Source: Tumidithrix helvetica PCC 7403 (lineage in GTDB: Bacteria > Cyanobacteriota > Cyanobacteriia > Pseudanabaenales > Pseudanabaenaceae). From it: DNA of 64,000 nucleotides. How positions within the stretch are numbered: position 1 is the first letter of the stretch; every line of letters starts with the position of its first letter. The position numbers were made by a program, and so were the translations under genes. Under the pieces are notes generated by a model. That model was given only the letters and a program-made list of their open reading frames with translations, was not told the DNA's origin and ran no database searches. Shown here piece by piece: positions 26,960-36,864 of the stretch. The stretch spans positions 1-64,000 of the forward strand of contig NZ_CBDDRA010000001.1 of the NCBI RefSeq assembly GCF_965232925.1. Reading direction: 5' to 3'.

Positions 26960-29329
26960 TCACAAGTCTCGATGCGAGAAAAGAAGTCCAACCTCATAAC
27001 TCTTAAAAAAATACAGCTTAAAAATAAAGGGGAGATGTCCCTTATTATTTATGAAATTATTATCTAAAAATGGCTGAGGATAGTTCACCCATTTACCCTC
27101 GCTTTTCCACGCTATGCGATCGCAAAACTGATCCCAAGCCTTTTCACTTGGATAACTAAAATCTAGCTTACCACCACATTCTACATAAATTTGCTTTTGG
27201 ACGCTAAAGCCATAAAGCCCGTTGCTGTACTGCACCCAAAGGCGATCGATTGCCAATAGCTCATCACAGGGAAACTCCTGCAAGTCCACTGGCTCAAACC
27301 ACTGTCCCTCGTCCTTACCCGCCGCCGTAATCATCAAGCGATAGATTTCTTGGTCTGCTTCGAACCATTGCTTCGTCTTGAGATGTTCTTCTAACTTTTG
27401 ATATCGCGAAGTTTTTACAGGTTCTTTGAGACCCTGTAGTGCTTTCCTTTCCGCAGGTAACAGATTTAATCGTTTATCTGTTTGGCGATAGATTTGATAT
27501 GCTAAATCTGTCTGATTGCGATTAATCGCCTCTTGAATAATTCTAGTTGGATTGACTAGGCTAGCATAAAACAAAATTAGATCTTTCCATGTACTGACGC
27601 CTAAGCATTTAAAAATCAACCTTTCACCCTCTTCCTTTAAGCGTACAATTTCCGCAGCCGCCAAAAACTCTTGAAAACTGAGGTGCGAAAACTGATAGAT
27701 ACTTCCATCTCTTTTTACTAACAGTTCGCTTACCTGTTCCATTTGTGTCAAAAACTCTTCCGAATCCACATCGGGATCGATTTTGGATAAAGACATTTCG
27801 ATCAGTTGTAATAAGCTATTCCGTTGGATTTGTTTAAATCCTTCTTTATCGTTAATATTTTTTGCTACCCGAACCATCATCCTCAAAGCCAAATTTTGCA
27901 ATACTCCCTGACGTTGGCTGATGGAATTTAGCAGTAAAGTAACTCCCTTTGCTTTTGGTCGCCGTCCCAATTGCATCTCGCAAATATCCTGATATAACTC
28001 CACTCTGCGCTGGGGCAACTCTGCTCCCTGCTTATCCCGATGAAAACGCGCCATCATGTTTAGCAACAGCACATTACCCGCAATATCATTGAGTTCTGGA
28101 CGTGCTTCAATTTGTGCTAACAAAGAAGCTGCTCTTTCTTTCGCTTTTTGTCCCACATCTGGCGTATTGCGTTCCGCTCTTGCATGACGTTCTTGGCATA
28201 GATACCACTGTTCCACAAATTCTTTGCGCTGTTCTCGATTAAAATCCTGAATCCAAAAACTAGCTGAAGGTTTCCTCGCTACATCATCCTCTTTGTAGGC
28301 GGTTGGGCGCGAAGTCAATATAAAAACAGACTTGCGATATTGCTGCATTTCCCAACTCAGCCACTCACTTACCTTTGTTCTCTCAGAGGGTGGTACTTCA
28401 TCAAATCCATCAAACAGCACCAACGCATCACCTTGATTGAGCAAATTTAGCGCCCAGTTGGGTGGAGCCTCCAACCCCTTAGCCTGTGACAATTTTGGTA
28501 ATCTTTTGAAATGATAGGAAGTTAATAATTCTGGCAAATTTGGCGGATTTTCTTTGATGATTTCTTTTCGACAATCTGCTAAATACAACAAAAATGGAAT
28601 GAATTTTGGCGCTCGATATTTGCCATATCCTCGAACGCTGTAAGTATAGGCTAGATGCTTTAACAGTGTTGATTTGCCATAGCCACCCCAAGCCCGAATC
28701 ACAATTTGACGATAGTTATCTTTTTGTTTGACAAGCCGCAGCAAATCCCAGATCTGCATCACTGGGTACTCTTCACCACGTTGCCGAAATTCGTAACCTG
28801 CTTCCATCGAATCTGTCGAAAGTTGTAACGGTACAAACACTTCTTGCAATAATGGATTGCTCTGAGGCAGATCTTCTTCTTCCTTTAGCCCAACGGCATA
28901 ATCTTCGTGACAGTCCCAACGCTGACATTGCAGATACTTTGCCTCAAAACCTGAAAACTGCCATTTACTCCACTCGCTCCAAGCTTGAGTAAAAGACTGA
29001 TTCCAGCGATCCATATTCGCTACAAAGCCTTCAGCATCCTTCTTGCCACGCTCAGCATAAATTTCACTCAATCGCTCGATAAAATTTTTGCTGTACGTTG
29101 CCCAAACCCCTGAGATTGCCGTTACAGGAAATAGCGCCAAAGCCGTAGCCCATTCTTGCTTGAGCAAAAACGAGCCAAAAGCAAAACTTGTTCCCCCTAA
29201 AGGTGACCATCGCGCAATTGCCTGAAGCGATCGCTGCACAAATTTCTTCTCGGTACTAGGCGCACTACTGGTAGTACTTTGCTTGTCGGACTTAGATTTT
29301 GCTTCTTTCGATTCTGGCTCTTGAGTCAT
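26960..29329 (-). CDS. NACHT-family STAND NTPase with N-terminal membrane/helical region and C-terminal GUN4-like domain
   Basis: Walker A is IVIRAWGGYGKSTLL and Walker B is LVLFDGFDEV. The C-terminus ...EADQEIYRLMI...LQEFPCDELLAIDRLWVQYSNGLYGFSVQKQIY fits the GUN4 pattern. The gene is AT-rich. Confidence 0.7.
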   Translation of the reverse strand: MTQEPESKEAKSKSDKQSTTSSAPSTEKKFVQRSLQAIARWSPLGGTSFAFGSFLLKQEWATALALFPVTAISGVWATYSKNFIERLSEIYAERGKKDAEGFVANMDRWNQSFTQAWSEWSKWQFSGFEAKYLQCQRWDCHEDYAVGLKEEEDLPQSNPLLQEVFVPLQLSTDSMEAGYEFRQRGEEYPVMQIWDLLRLVKQKDNYRQIVIRAWGGYGKSTLLKHLAYTYSVRGYGKYRAPKFIPFLLYLADCRKEIIKENPPNLPELLTSYHFKRLPKLSQAKGLEAPPNWALNLLNQGDALVLFDGFDEVPPSERTKVSEWLSWEMQQYRKSVFILTSRPTAYKEDDVARKPSASFWIQDFNREQRKEFVEQWYLCQERHARAERNTPDVGQKAKERAASLLAQIEARPELNDIAGNVLLLNMMARFHRDKQGAELPQRRVELYQDICEMQLGRRPKAKGVTLLLNSISQRQGVLQNLALRMMVRVAKNINDKEGFKQIQRNSLLQLIEMSLSKIDPDVDSEEFLTQMEQVSELLVKRDGSIYQFSHLSFQEFLAAAEIVRLKEEGERLIFKCLGVSTWKDLILFYASLVNPTRIIQEAINRNQTDLAYQIYRQTDKRLNLLPAERKALQGLKEPVKTSRYQKLEEHLKTKQWFEADQEIYRLMITAAGKDEGQWFEPVDLQEFPCDELLAIDRLWVQYSNGLYGFSVQKQIYVECGGKLDFSYPSEKAWDQFCDRIAWKSEGKWVNYPQPFLDNNFINNKGHLPFIFKLYFFKSYEVGLLFSHRDL

Positions 29330-29447
29330 GGCGAGTTATAGCGCATTTCAGGCATTATAAGCCCATAAACGAAATTGTTGTGAGAGAAATTGCTAGTGCT
29401 CTCTAAAAAGTTATACTTTCAGAAAGAGGATTTGAGGAAAGATTGGC

Positions 29448-29543
29448 ATGACTCTTAAAGAACTAATCTATGCAGAAATTAGCAAGATAAAAGAAGACGA
29501 TCTAAGCGAGCTATATGAATTTGTGAAACGGTTGAGAAAATAG
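29448..29543 (+). other. 31-codon ORF resembling the N-terminus of the adjacent VapB-like antitoxin; possible remnant or duplicate
   Basis: MTLKELIYAEISKIKEDDLSELYEFVKRLRK compares with MTLQDLLSEAKNLDLQEQIQLATQLLQWVERK of 29573-29797. Confidence 0.25.
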
Positions 29544-29572
29544 CCTAGTATCTCGTCAGAGAGGGAAATTAT

Positions 29573-29797
29573 ATGACTTTACAAGATCTCTTATCCGAAG
29601 CTAAAAATCTGGATCTTCAGGAGCAAATTCAACTAGCTACACAGCTATTGCAATGGGTAGAAAGAAAGGTTAAAAAAGAACCTCAAGTTACACCACTCAA
29701 AAAGCTGCGATCGCCCGGACTCGGTCTAGGCTCTTGCCTATTCACCGATGACTTTGACGATCCGCTACCCGATGAATTTTGGCTTGGCGAAGCATGA
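29573..29797 (+). CDS. VapB-like antitoxin
   Basis: A 74-aa product with the C-terminal DDFDDPLPDEFW motif. Its stop overlaps the VapC start in an ATGA arrangement. Confidence 0.6.
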   Translation: MTLQDLLSEAKNLDLQEQIQLATQLLQWVERKVKKEPQVTPLKKLRSPGLGLGSCLFTDDFDDPLPDEFWLGEA

Positions 29798-30180
29798 AAT
29801 TACTATTGGATACCCACACCTTTATGTGGTGGCATAGCGAACCAGAAAAGATTCCTAGTGATACGCTGATATTACTCCAAGATCCCAGCTACGAACTGTT
29901 CGTCAGTGTAGTCAGCCTATGGGAAATGCAAATCAAAATTCAGTTAGGAAAACTAACCCTCAGAGATGACTTAGAACTTATGCTCAGGATTCAACAGGAG
30001 CAGAATAATATCGTTCTAGTATCTGTAACATTTCCCCATATTCTGGAATTAAGAAATTTACCGTTTCATCATAAAGATCCATTCGATCGACTTCTGATCG
30101 CTCAATCTAAAGTTGAAAATGCAGCATTAATTAGTCGAGACCCAGTTTTTCAAAACTATGATTGTCATGTAATTTGGTAA
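29794..30180 (+). CDS. vapC: PIN-domain ribonuclease toxin VapC
   Basis: MKLLLDTHTFMWW ... DPFDRLLIAQS ... ISRD are the classic PIN acidic residues. I placed the start at the ATG at 29794 rather than the ORF-track 29779. Confidence 0.85.
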   Translation: MKLLLDTHTFMWWHSEPEKIPSDTLILLQDPSYELFVSVVSLWEMQIKIQLGKLTLRDDLELMLRIQQEQNNIVLVSVTFPHILELRNLPFHHKDPFDRLLIAQSKVENAALISRDPVFQNYDCHVIW

Positions 30181-30332
30181 TTGCTTTGGAGAAGCGCGAT
30201 CGCTGGGCGATCCGCTTGCTCTTGAGCTTTTGGTAAACAGTTTTGTAGATCGCGCCTTAAATGGCATATGTTATGCTTTAGTTTCTACGCAATTCGCTTC
30301 TAAAACACCTAAAAGCTTGGGCAGGAATAGCT

Positions 30333-30650
30333 ATGGCGATCGCGAACTCTCTATCCCATTTGACCATTCTCGAAAATGGCGATCGCTTAGATCGAGATGA
30401 ATTTGAACGTCGGTATGCCGCATCAAACATCAAAAAAGCCGAACTCATTGAAGGAGCGGACATTAGATCAACAAATCGATTGGTTTGTTTTAGAAAATGG
30501 CGAATATCAGAACTTAGAACCCGATGTCAATGGAATGCTCTGTAGTCGAGAATTTACAGGGTTATGGCTCAATGTAAATGCACTGTTGAGTCATGATATG
30601 GCAGCAGTTCTTAAGACATTGCAAACTGGTCAGAAAATCATCCCATGAGG
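30333..30650 (+). pseudogene. Uma2-family (DUF820) endonuclease gene, frameshifted and degraded
   Basis: Two overlapping frames carry the N-terminus-like RLDRDEFERRYAASNIKKAELIEG and the C-terminus-like ENGEYQNLEPDVNGMLCSREFTGLWLNVNALL. The gene is not intact in either frame. Confidence 0.45.
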
Positions 30651-30839
30651 TTTTTACCCATCGATCGTGGTTTTGCTCAAGTGTGTTTTGGAAAGAGTTC
30701 TCTGAGATTTTTCGATCTAGAGTCACACTCATCAGCTCTACCTCGAAAAGCTTCTACAATTTATACCGTTTTAAAAAGTCGCAAATTCGGTTAATCTACG
30801 GAGATTGTCGCACGATCTTATCCTATTTTTTTACGAGAG

Positions 30840-33275
30840 ATGACCACCACCGATCGCATTACCAATCAATACGGCTACTACACCGAGGACTATCGCGAGT
30901 TTGTAATCACAAATCCTAGAACCCCTCGCCCTTGGTTTAACTATATGTGGAACGGGCACTATACGGGGTTGGTTTCGCATACAGGAGGTGGATTCAGCTT
31001 CTTAGATTCGCCGCGTGACAATCGCATTAATCGTATGCGCTATAACAGCCTGCCTTGGGATCGCCCCGGTCGCTATGCGATCGTTAAGGATGTTTCTACG
31101 GGAAATTACTGGTCGCTGAGTTGGGCTCCCACCATCGATCTCAACTATGACAAGTACGAATGCCATCACGGACAAGGCTATACGACGATTATTACCGAGA
31201 TCTATGGAATCAGGGGTGAAATCACCTACTTCGTACCGACAGATGCGAATGCCGAGATTTGGCGAATTACACTTACAGACTTGAGTGGAAGCGATCGCAA
31301 CTTAGAGATTTACACCTTCACAGAACTGTTGATGGGAAATGCGTTGAACGACCTGATCAATCAACCCAACGACAAGCATTTCACAGATATTCATTTCGAT
31401 GCCAACCTGCAAGCCTTGGTAGCAACGCGGCGTTACTGGGTGCTAAATAAAGGTGTATCTGTAAAACAGCCCAATATTGATTGGAAATATCAGATCTATT
31501 TTACGCAAACCCTCCCCATTACAGGGTTTGACAGCAGCTTGGATACCTTCATCGGACGTTGGCGATCGGAAGCAAATCCTGAAGCGATCGCCACAGGGGT
31601 CATGCAGAATACGGAGATTAACGCAGGCGATCCGATCGCCGCTTTGCAGTCAAAATTAGAACTTCCAGCCAATGGAACCAGTAACTTTGCTGTCATTTTG
31701 GCAATTTCGCCTAAAGGCGATCCTAGCCCTCTGCAAAAAGAAGGACAAAATCTGGCGGATTTGGAGCAGATCGATCGCCAATTTGCACAGCTCAAACAGA
31801 AGTGGGATCGGCATTTATCCGCAGTGCAGGTCAGTACGCCCGATCGCAACTTCGATCTGATGTTGAATGTATGGAATCAGTATCAAGCCGCCGTTACCTT
31901 TGATATGGCAAGGAATGCGGGTTACTATCACGGTGGTCTGCTATTTGGTACGGGTTTAAGGGATCAGTTCCAAGATATTCTCGGCGTGGTCATGGTCGAT
32001 CCCGAACGCGTGCGCAGTCGGTTGCTCAACGCCCTGCGCTTTCAATTTCAAAATGGTTCGACCCTGCATAATTTCTTTAAGCTCACGAATACAGGCGAAC
32101 GCACCAACCATTCCGACACCCCCCTATGGATTCCCTTTGGGATTGTGGAATATTTGAACGAGACGGCAGATTTCTCAATCTTAGATGAAGTGGTTGCCTA
32201 TCATGATGATTCTGAAGGTGATGCTGGCGGAACAGTCTACGAACATACCATTCGTGCTTTGGATTACGCGATTGCAAATTTAGGCGAACATGGGATGCCC
32301 AAGATCATGACGGGTGATTGGAATGACACGCTCGATTATGTGGGCCCGCAGGGAAAAGGAGAAACAACTTGGGGGGCTTTCTTTTTAGGCTATGCGCTCA
32401 AGAAAACTTTCCCACTTTTGGAACTGCGTGGCGATCGCGAGACCCGTTTGCGCTTCCAAACAGTGTACGAGCAGATCGGTCAGAGCGTAAATGATATCTG
32501 TTGGGATGGCGAATGGTACTTACGGGCATTTCGAGACAATGGCGAACCGATTGGAATCTCGGCGCATACCCAAGGCAAAATCTTTCTCAACGCGCAATCA
32601 TGGTCTGTGATCTCGGGTCTAGCTCCTAAGGAAAGAGGCGATCGCGCCCTTGCCTCCTGTCAAAAATATCTCGCCAAACCCTATGGAATGCAGATTGTCT
32701 TTCCTTCCTATACGGAAGTTGAGGATAATGTCGGCTTGATCAGTCGCTGTGTCCCCGGCAAAAAAGAGAATGGAGCCATATTTAATCACGCTTCCTCTTG
32801 GTTCGTACTCGCTTCTTTACTGAATGGGGATGTCGATTTTGGCTTTGAGATTTATCAGCGCATGATGCCGTTAAATTCCTCAAAAGATCTGGATCGCTAT
32901 GAAGTCGAACCCTACGTTTATGCCGAGTATGTCACCAGCCCAGATCATCCCACCCAAGGGCAAGCGAGCCACTCATGGCTGACTGGCACGGCGGTATGGA
33001 TGCTGCGCATCGGTATCGACTTCATCATCGGCTTCCAACCTACGTTGACTGGCATGGCGATCGATCCTCATATCCCCTCTGGTTGGCAAGAGTTTCGCGC
33101 CCAACGCAAGTTTCGCGGCAAGACCCTGCATCTACATGTCAAAAATCCCCTCGGCAAAAACTCAGGGGTTAGCTCGATGCAAGTCAATGGCGTGGAAGTC
33201 AAAGGCAATTTCCTCGATCTCAGTTTGTATCCAGAAACTGAGTTGAATATAGCGATCGCACAACTAGAAAAATGA
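30840..33275 (+). CDS. GH94-family glycoside phosphorylase (cellobiose/cellodextrin/chitobiose phosphorylase-like)
   Basis: The N-terminus NQYGYYTEDYREFVITNPRTPRPWFNYM matches the cellobiose phosphorylase start, and the 811-aa length fits. Confidence 0.75.
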   Translation: MTTTDRITNQYGYYTEDYREFVITNPRTPRPWFNYMWNGHYTGLVSHTGGGFSFLDSPRDNRINRMRYNSLPWDRPGRYAIVKDVSTGNYWSLSWAPTIDLNYDKYECHHGQGYTTIITEIYGIRGEITYFVPTDANAEIWRITLTDLSGSDRNLEIYTFTELLMGNALNDLINQPNDKHFTDIHFDANLQALVATRRYWVLNKGVSVKQPNIDWKYQIYFTQTLPITGFDSSLDTFIGRWRSEANPEAIATGVMQNTEINAGDPIAALQSKLELPANGTSNFAVILAISPKGDPSPLQKEGQNLADLEQIDRQFAQLKQKWDRHLSAVQVSTPDRNFDLMLNVWNQYQAAVTFDMARNAGYYHGGLLFGTGLRDQFQDILGVVMVDPERVRSRLLNALRFQFQNGSTLHNFFKLTNTGERTNHSDTPLWIPFGIVEYLNETADFSILDEVVAYHDDSEGDAGGTVYEHTIRALDYAIANLGEHGMPKIMTGDWNDTLDYVGPQGKGETTWGAFFLGYALKKTFPLLELRGDRETRLRFQTVYEQIGQSVNDICWDGEWYLRAFRDNGEPIGISAHTQGKIFLNAQSWSVISGLAPKERGDRALASCQKYLAKPYGMQIVFPSYTEVEDNVGLISRCVPGKKENGAIFNHASSWFVLASLLNGDVDFGFEIYQRMMPLNSSKDLDRYEVEPYVYAEYVTSPDHPTQGQASHSWLTGTAVWMLRIGIDFIIGFQPTLTGMAIDPHIPSGWQEFRAQRKFRGKTLHLHVKNPLGKNSGVSSMQVNGVEVKGNFLDLSLYPETELNIAIAQLEK

Positions 33276-33430
33276 TAAACGATCCTCTTGAAATAATTTA
33301 TGATTTTGTTCACGAAGGTGGACTCCTTACAAAAGTCGAGTATCTATTCGATGATTACTTCGACTTTGCGCCAGTACCTCTAATACTTCATACGGAGCAT
33401 AGACTTCTTGTCGTTTAGATCGAGAATTTC

Positions 33431-33458
33431 AGGTTTTCTTATCCCGAACTGATGATAC
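33431..33458. repeat. solo end fragment of MITE family B
   Basis: aggttttcttatcccgaactga. Confidence 0.3.
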
Positions 33459-33523
33459 AGGAGGTACCAAATCCCAAATCTGTCGCAGCGTTGATTGAGT
33501 TGTTTAGATATTGAGAAGTCGTT

Positions 33524-33805
33524 ATGCAGTATGTGTTGATTATTCATGAAGTCGAGAATTATGCAGCTTGGAAGAAAATCTTTGATGCGGCTTCAGGTAT
33601 CAGAAAGCAGGCTGGCGAACGTTCTTATCAAGTTTTGAAATATGAGAACGAACCCAATAAAATTGTCCATTTCTCGGAATGGACATCCATTGCGGCAGCA
33701 AAGGCATTTTTTGAGTCGCCCGAACTGATTAAAATCAGAGCAGAGGCAGGAGTGAAGGCTCCTGAGTTTATCTATCTAGAGCAGCTTGAGTCGGGTGTGT
33801 TGTGA
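33524..33805 (+). CDS. small alpha+beta barrel protein (ABM/Dabb-like), hypothetical
   Basis: A 93-aa product with the pattern YVLIIHEV...AWKKIF... VHFSEWTS..AAKAFFESPE, typical of stress-responsive ABM proteins. Confidence 0.4.
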   Translation: MQYVLIIHEVENYAAWKKIFDAASGIRKQAGERSYQVLKYENEPNKIVHFSEWTSIAAAKAFFESPELIKIRAEAGVKAPEFIYLEQLESGVL

Positions 33806-33961
33806 AATCTTGCATCTCAAATTTGAGTGGTGCTTTGTGCTTTGGGGCTACAGACCCACACCTGTCGCTATCTAAAACTTAGGCGAAAATAGCGTGCTAT
33901 TGAAAGTGCAGGCGTGGTAGATTTTGAGATGTGTGACACATTGCCCTAGGAGGCTTGTACG

Positions 33962-36838
33962 ATGCGCTCTCGTCTGAAATTAATTGGTGTTACTGCGATC
34001 GCGCTATCTCTCTCTTTCAGCCAAGTCTCTACCCTCTATCCCCTAGAACCTGCTTCTGCCCAAACAACACAAGAGCGCAAGCTAGTTTTAGCATTGAATG
34101 AATCGCTTAGGGAATTACTAGGGCCTGCTTCTGCCCAAACGACACTACTAAATCGTCAGGCAGAGGCAGATCGGCTGTTGCAGCAAGGGATTCAGCAAGC
34201 TTACATCAGTCAGTTTGAGGCAGCATTTCAATCATGGCAGCAAGCATTACAGATTTACCGAGCGATCGGCAACCGTCAGGGAGAAAGCTATGCGCTGGGA
34301 AATCTGGGAAACGTATACCAAGCCCTCGGCAAGTACGACAAAGCCATCGAGTACGCAGAGCAAGCCTTAGCGATTGCGCAGGAACTAAAAGACAAAAAGA
34401 GTGAGGGTACAGCGCTAGGAAATCTGGGAAACGCTTACTATTCCCTCGGCAGGTACGACAAAGCGATCGAGTACCAACTGCAAAGCTTAGCGATCGCGCG
34501 GGAAATCAAAGACAGACTGGGTGAGGGACAGTCGCTGGGAAATCTGGGAATTGCTTACAATGCCCTCGGCAAGTACGACAAAGCGATCGAGTACCAACTG
34601 CAAAGATTAGCGATCGCGCGGGAAATCAAAGACAGACTGGGTGAGGGACAGTCGCTGGGAAATCTGGGAAACGCTTACGATGACCTCGGCAAGTACGACA
34701 AAGCGATCGAGTACCAACTGCAAAGCTTAGCGATCGCGCGGGAAATCAAAGACAGACTGGGTGAGGGACAGTCGCTGGGAAATCTGGGAATTGCTTACCG
34801 AAACCTCGGCAAGTATGACAAAGCCATCGAGTACCAACTGCAAAGATTAGCGATCGCGCGGGAAATCAAAGACAGACTGGGTGAGGGCGCAGCGCTGGGA
34901 GGTCTGGGACTCACTTACTTTTATCTGGGTAAGTACGACAAAGCGATCGAGTACCAACTGCAAAGCTTAGCGATCGCGCGGGAAATCAAAAACAGACTGG
35001 GTGAGGGTACAACGCTGGGAAATCTCGGAATTGCTTACGATGCTCTCGGCAAGTACGACAAAGCGATCGAGTACCAACTGCAAAGATTAGCGATCGCGCA
35101 GGAAATCAAAGATAGGAAGGGTGAGGAACAGTCACTGGCAAATCTGGGAATTGCTTACCGAAACCTCGGCAAGTACGACAAAGCGATCGAGTACCAACTG
35201 CAAAGCTTAGCGATCACGCGGGAAATCAAAGACAGACTGGTTGAAGGCGCAGTGCTTGGAAATCTGGGAAACGCTTACATATACCTCGGCAAGTACGACA
35301 AAGCGATCGAGTACCAACTGCAAAGCTTAGCGATCACGCGGGAAATCAAGGATAGAGAAGGCGAAGGCAAAGCGCTCAACAATATCGGCTCTGTCTTGGC
35401 AACCCAAAAACAACCAGATCTTGCCATTCTCTTTTACAAACAATCCGTCAAAGTATGGGAGTCCATTCGCAAAGATATTCGCAAACTCGATAAATCGGAG
35501 CAAAAATCTTATTTAGAAACCGTCTCTGTTAGCTATCGTAGTCTCGTCGATCTCCTACTCCAACAAGGGCGAGTCACTGAAGCATTACAAGTTCTCGACT
35601 TGCTCAAAATCCAAGAACTCGAAGACTATCTCAAAAATGTCAAAGGAAACGATCGCACGGCAAAGGGAGTCGAACTTTTAGCGCCAGAGAAAGCGATGAG
35701 CGAACAGCTATCAGCTCTCAGCTATGAAAAGATTCCAGAACTCAACCGCCAACTTGCCAGCCAGATTCAGCAACTGCCAAAATCAGAAATCAACAAAGTT
35801 CCTGACTACTTACAAAAGCTACCAAAAGGAGCTGTCCTACTCTATCCCCTGATTCTCGAAGATCGTTTGGAACTGATCGTCTTCTCCGCCAATACCTTCC
35901 CCATCAACCGCACCGTTCCCATCAAAAAAGCCGATCTAGAGAAACTCGTTACAGATGTTCGCGCTGACTTGCGAGACTACACTTCCCTAGACATCAAAAA
36001 CTCTAGCCCCAAACTCTACGACATTCTGATCAAACCCATCGAAGCCGATCTCAAACAAGCCAACGCTACCACCATTCTCTATGCCCCTGACGGAATCCTG
36101 CGCTACATTCCCCTTGCTGCACTTTATGATGGCAAACAGTGGTTAGTAGAGAAATATCGCATCGATAACCTGATTGCCTATAGCCTCTTCGATCCAGATA
36201 GCAAACCTCAATCCAACATTCGTATCTTTGCAGGTGCATTTGGTGGTAAAAAAGGAGAAAACCGATTTGGAGTTGACGGATTGCCTGCCACCATTCCCGA
36301 AGTCGAAAACATTCAAACTTCATTCCCAAATACGACCAAGCTCATCGAGCAGGACTTCACAGCCCAAGCCAGCAAAGTAAAAGTTTCTGGTAATGCGATC
36401 GTCCACATCGCCACCCATGCTAAGTTTATATCGGGCAGCCCCTTAGATTCCTACGTGTTGTTTGGCGATGGCAGCAAAGTCACCCTAGCCGAGATTAATG
36501 ACTGGCAGCTCAAGGATGCCGATTTAGTCGTTCTCAGTGCCTGCGAGACAGGTGTAGGCAGCTTAGGCAATGGTGCGGAAATTCTCGGTTTTGGCTATCA
36601 GGTACAGCGTGCGGGGGCAAAGGCTTCGATCGCTTCTCTCTGGACGGTATCCGATGGCGGCACGCAGTTGTTAATGGAAGCGCTGTATAGCAATTTGCAA
36701 AAGGGAAATACCAGCATGTCAACTTCGCTCAGAGAGGCACAGCTCAGCATGATTCGCAGATCGGTAAAGCAGGGAGAGATTAACTTCAACCATCCCTATT
36801 ACTGGTCTGCTTTCGTCCTGATTGGGAATGGGCTGTAG
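33962..36838 (+). CDS. TPR-repeat / CHAT-domain protease, 958 aa
   Basis: There are more than 10 TPR units (LGNLGNAY...GKYDKAIEY). The C-terminal CHAT dyad context is IVHIATHAKF ... LVVLSACETG. Confidence 0.85.
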   Translation: MRSRLKLIGVTAIALSLSFSQVSTLYPLEPASAQTTQERKLVLALNESLRELLGPASAQTTLLNRQAEADRLLQQGIQQAYISQFEAAFQSWQQALQIYRAIGNRQGESYALGNLGNVYQALGKYDKAIEYAEQALAIAQELKDKKSEGTALGNLGNAYYSLGRYDKAIEYQLQSLAIAREIKDRLGEGQSLGNLGIAYNALGKYDKAIEYQLQRLAIAREIKDRLGEGQSLGNLGNAYDDLGKYDKAIEYQLQSLAIAREIKDRLGEGQSLGNLGIAYRNLGKYDKAIEYQLQRLAIAREIKDRLGEGAALGGLGLTYFYLGKYDKAIEYQLQSLAIAREIKNRLGEGTTLGNLGIAYDALGKYDKAIEYQLQRLAIAQEIKDRKGEEQSLANLGIAYRNLGKYDKAIEYQLQSLAITREIKDRLVEGAVLGNLGNAYIYLGKYDKAIEYQLQSLAITREIKDREGEGKALNNIGSVLATQKQPDLAILFYKQSVKVWESIRKDIRKLDKSEQKSYLETVSVSYRSLVDLLLQQGRVTEALQVLDLLKIQELEDYLKNVKGNDRTAKGVELLAPEKAMSEQLSALSYEKIPELNRQLASQIQQLPKSEINKVPDYLQKLPKGAVLLYPLILEDRLELIVFSANTFPINRTVPIKKADLEKLVTDVRADLRDYTSLDIKNSSPKLYDILIKPIEADLKQANATTILYAPDGILRYIPLAALYDGKQWLVEKYRIDNLIAYSLFDPDSKPQSNIRIFAGAFGGKKGENRFGVDGLPATIPEVENIQTSFPNTTKLIEQDFTAQASKVKVSGNAIVHIATHAKFISGSPLDSYVLFGDGSKVTLAEINDWQLKDADLVVLSACETGVGSLGNGAEILGFGYQVQRAGAKASIASLWTVSDGGTQLLMEALYSNLQKGNTSMSTSLREAQLSMIRRSVKQGEINFNHPYYWSAFVLIGNGL
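34290..35390 (+). repeat. about 9 tandem copies of a 120-nt unit (40 aa; TPR units) with very high nucleotide identity
   Basis: The unit ...ctcggcaagtacgacaaagcgatcgagtaccaactgcaaag(c/a)ttagcgatcgcgcgggaaatcaaagacagactgggtgagggacagtcgctgggaaatctgggaa... recurs head-to-tail. Confidence 0.7.
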
Positions 36839-36840
36839 CT

Positions 36841-36864
36841 AACCTCAGTTCGGGTTAATTACCC
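36841..36864. repeat. solo end fragment of MITE family B, opposite orientation
   Basis: aacctcagttcgggttaatta. Confidence 0.3.

Noticed and set aside
34290-35390. Possible CRISPR array suggested by regular 120-nt tandem repeats
   Set aside because: The repeats are contiguous with no unique spacers, sit in frame inside a long ORF, and encode canonical TPR units. They are not CRISPR.
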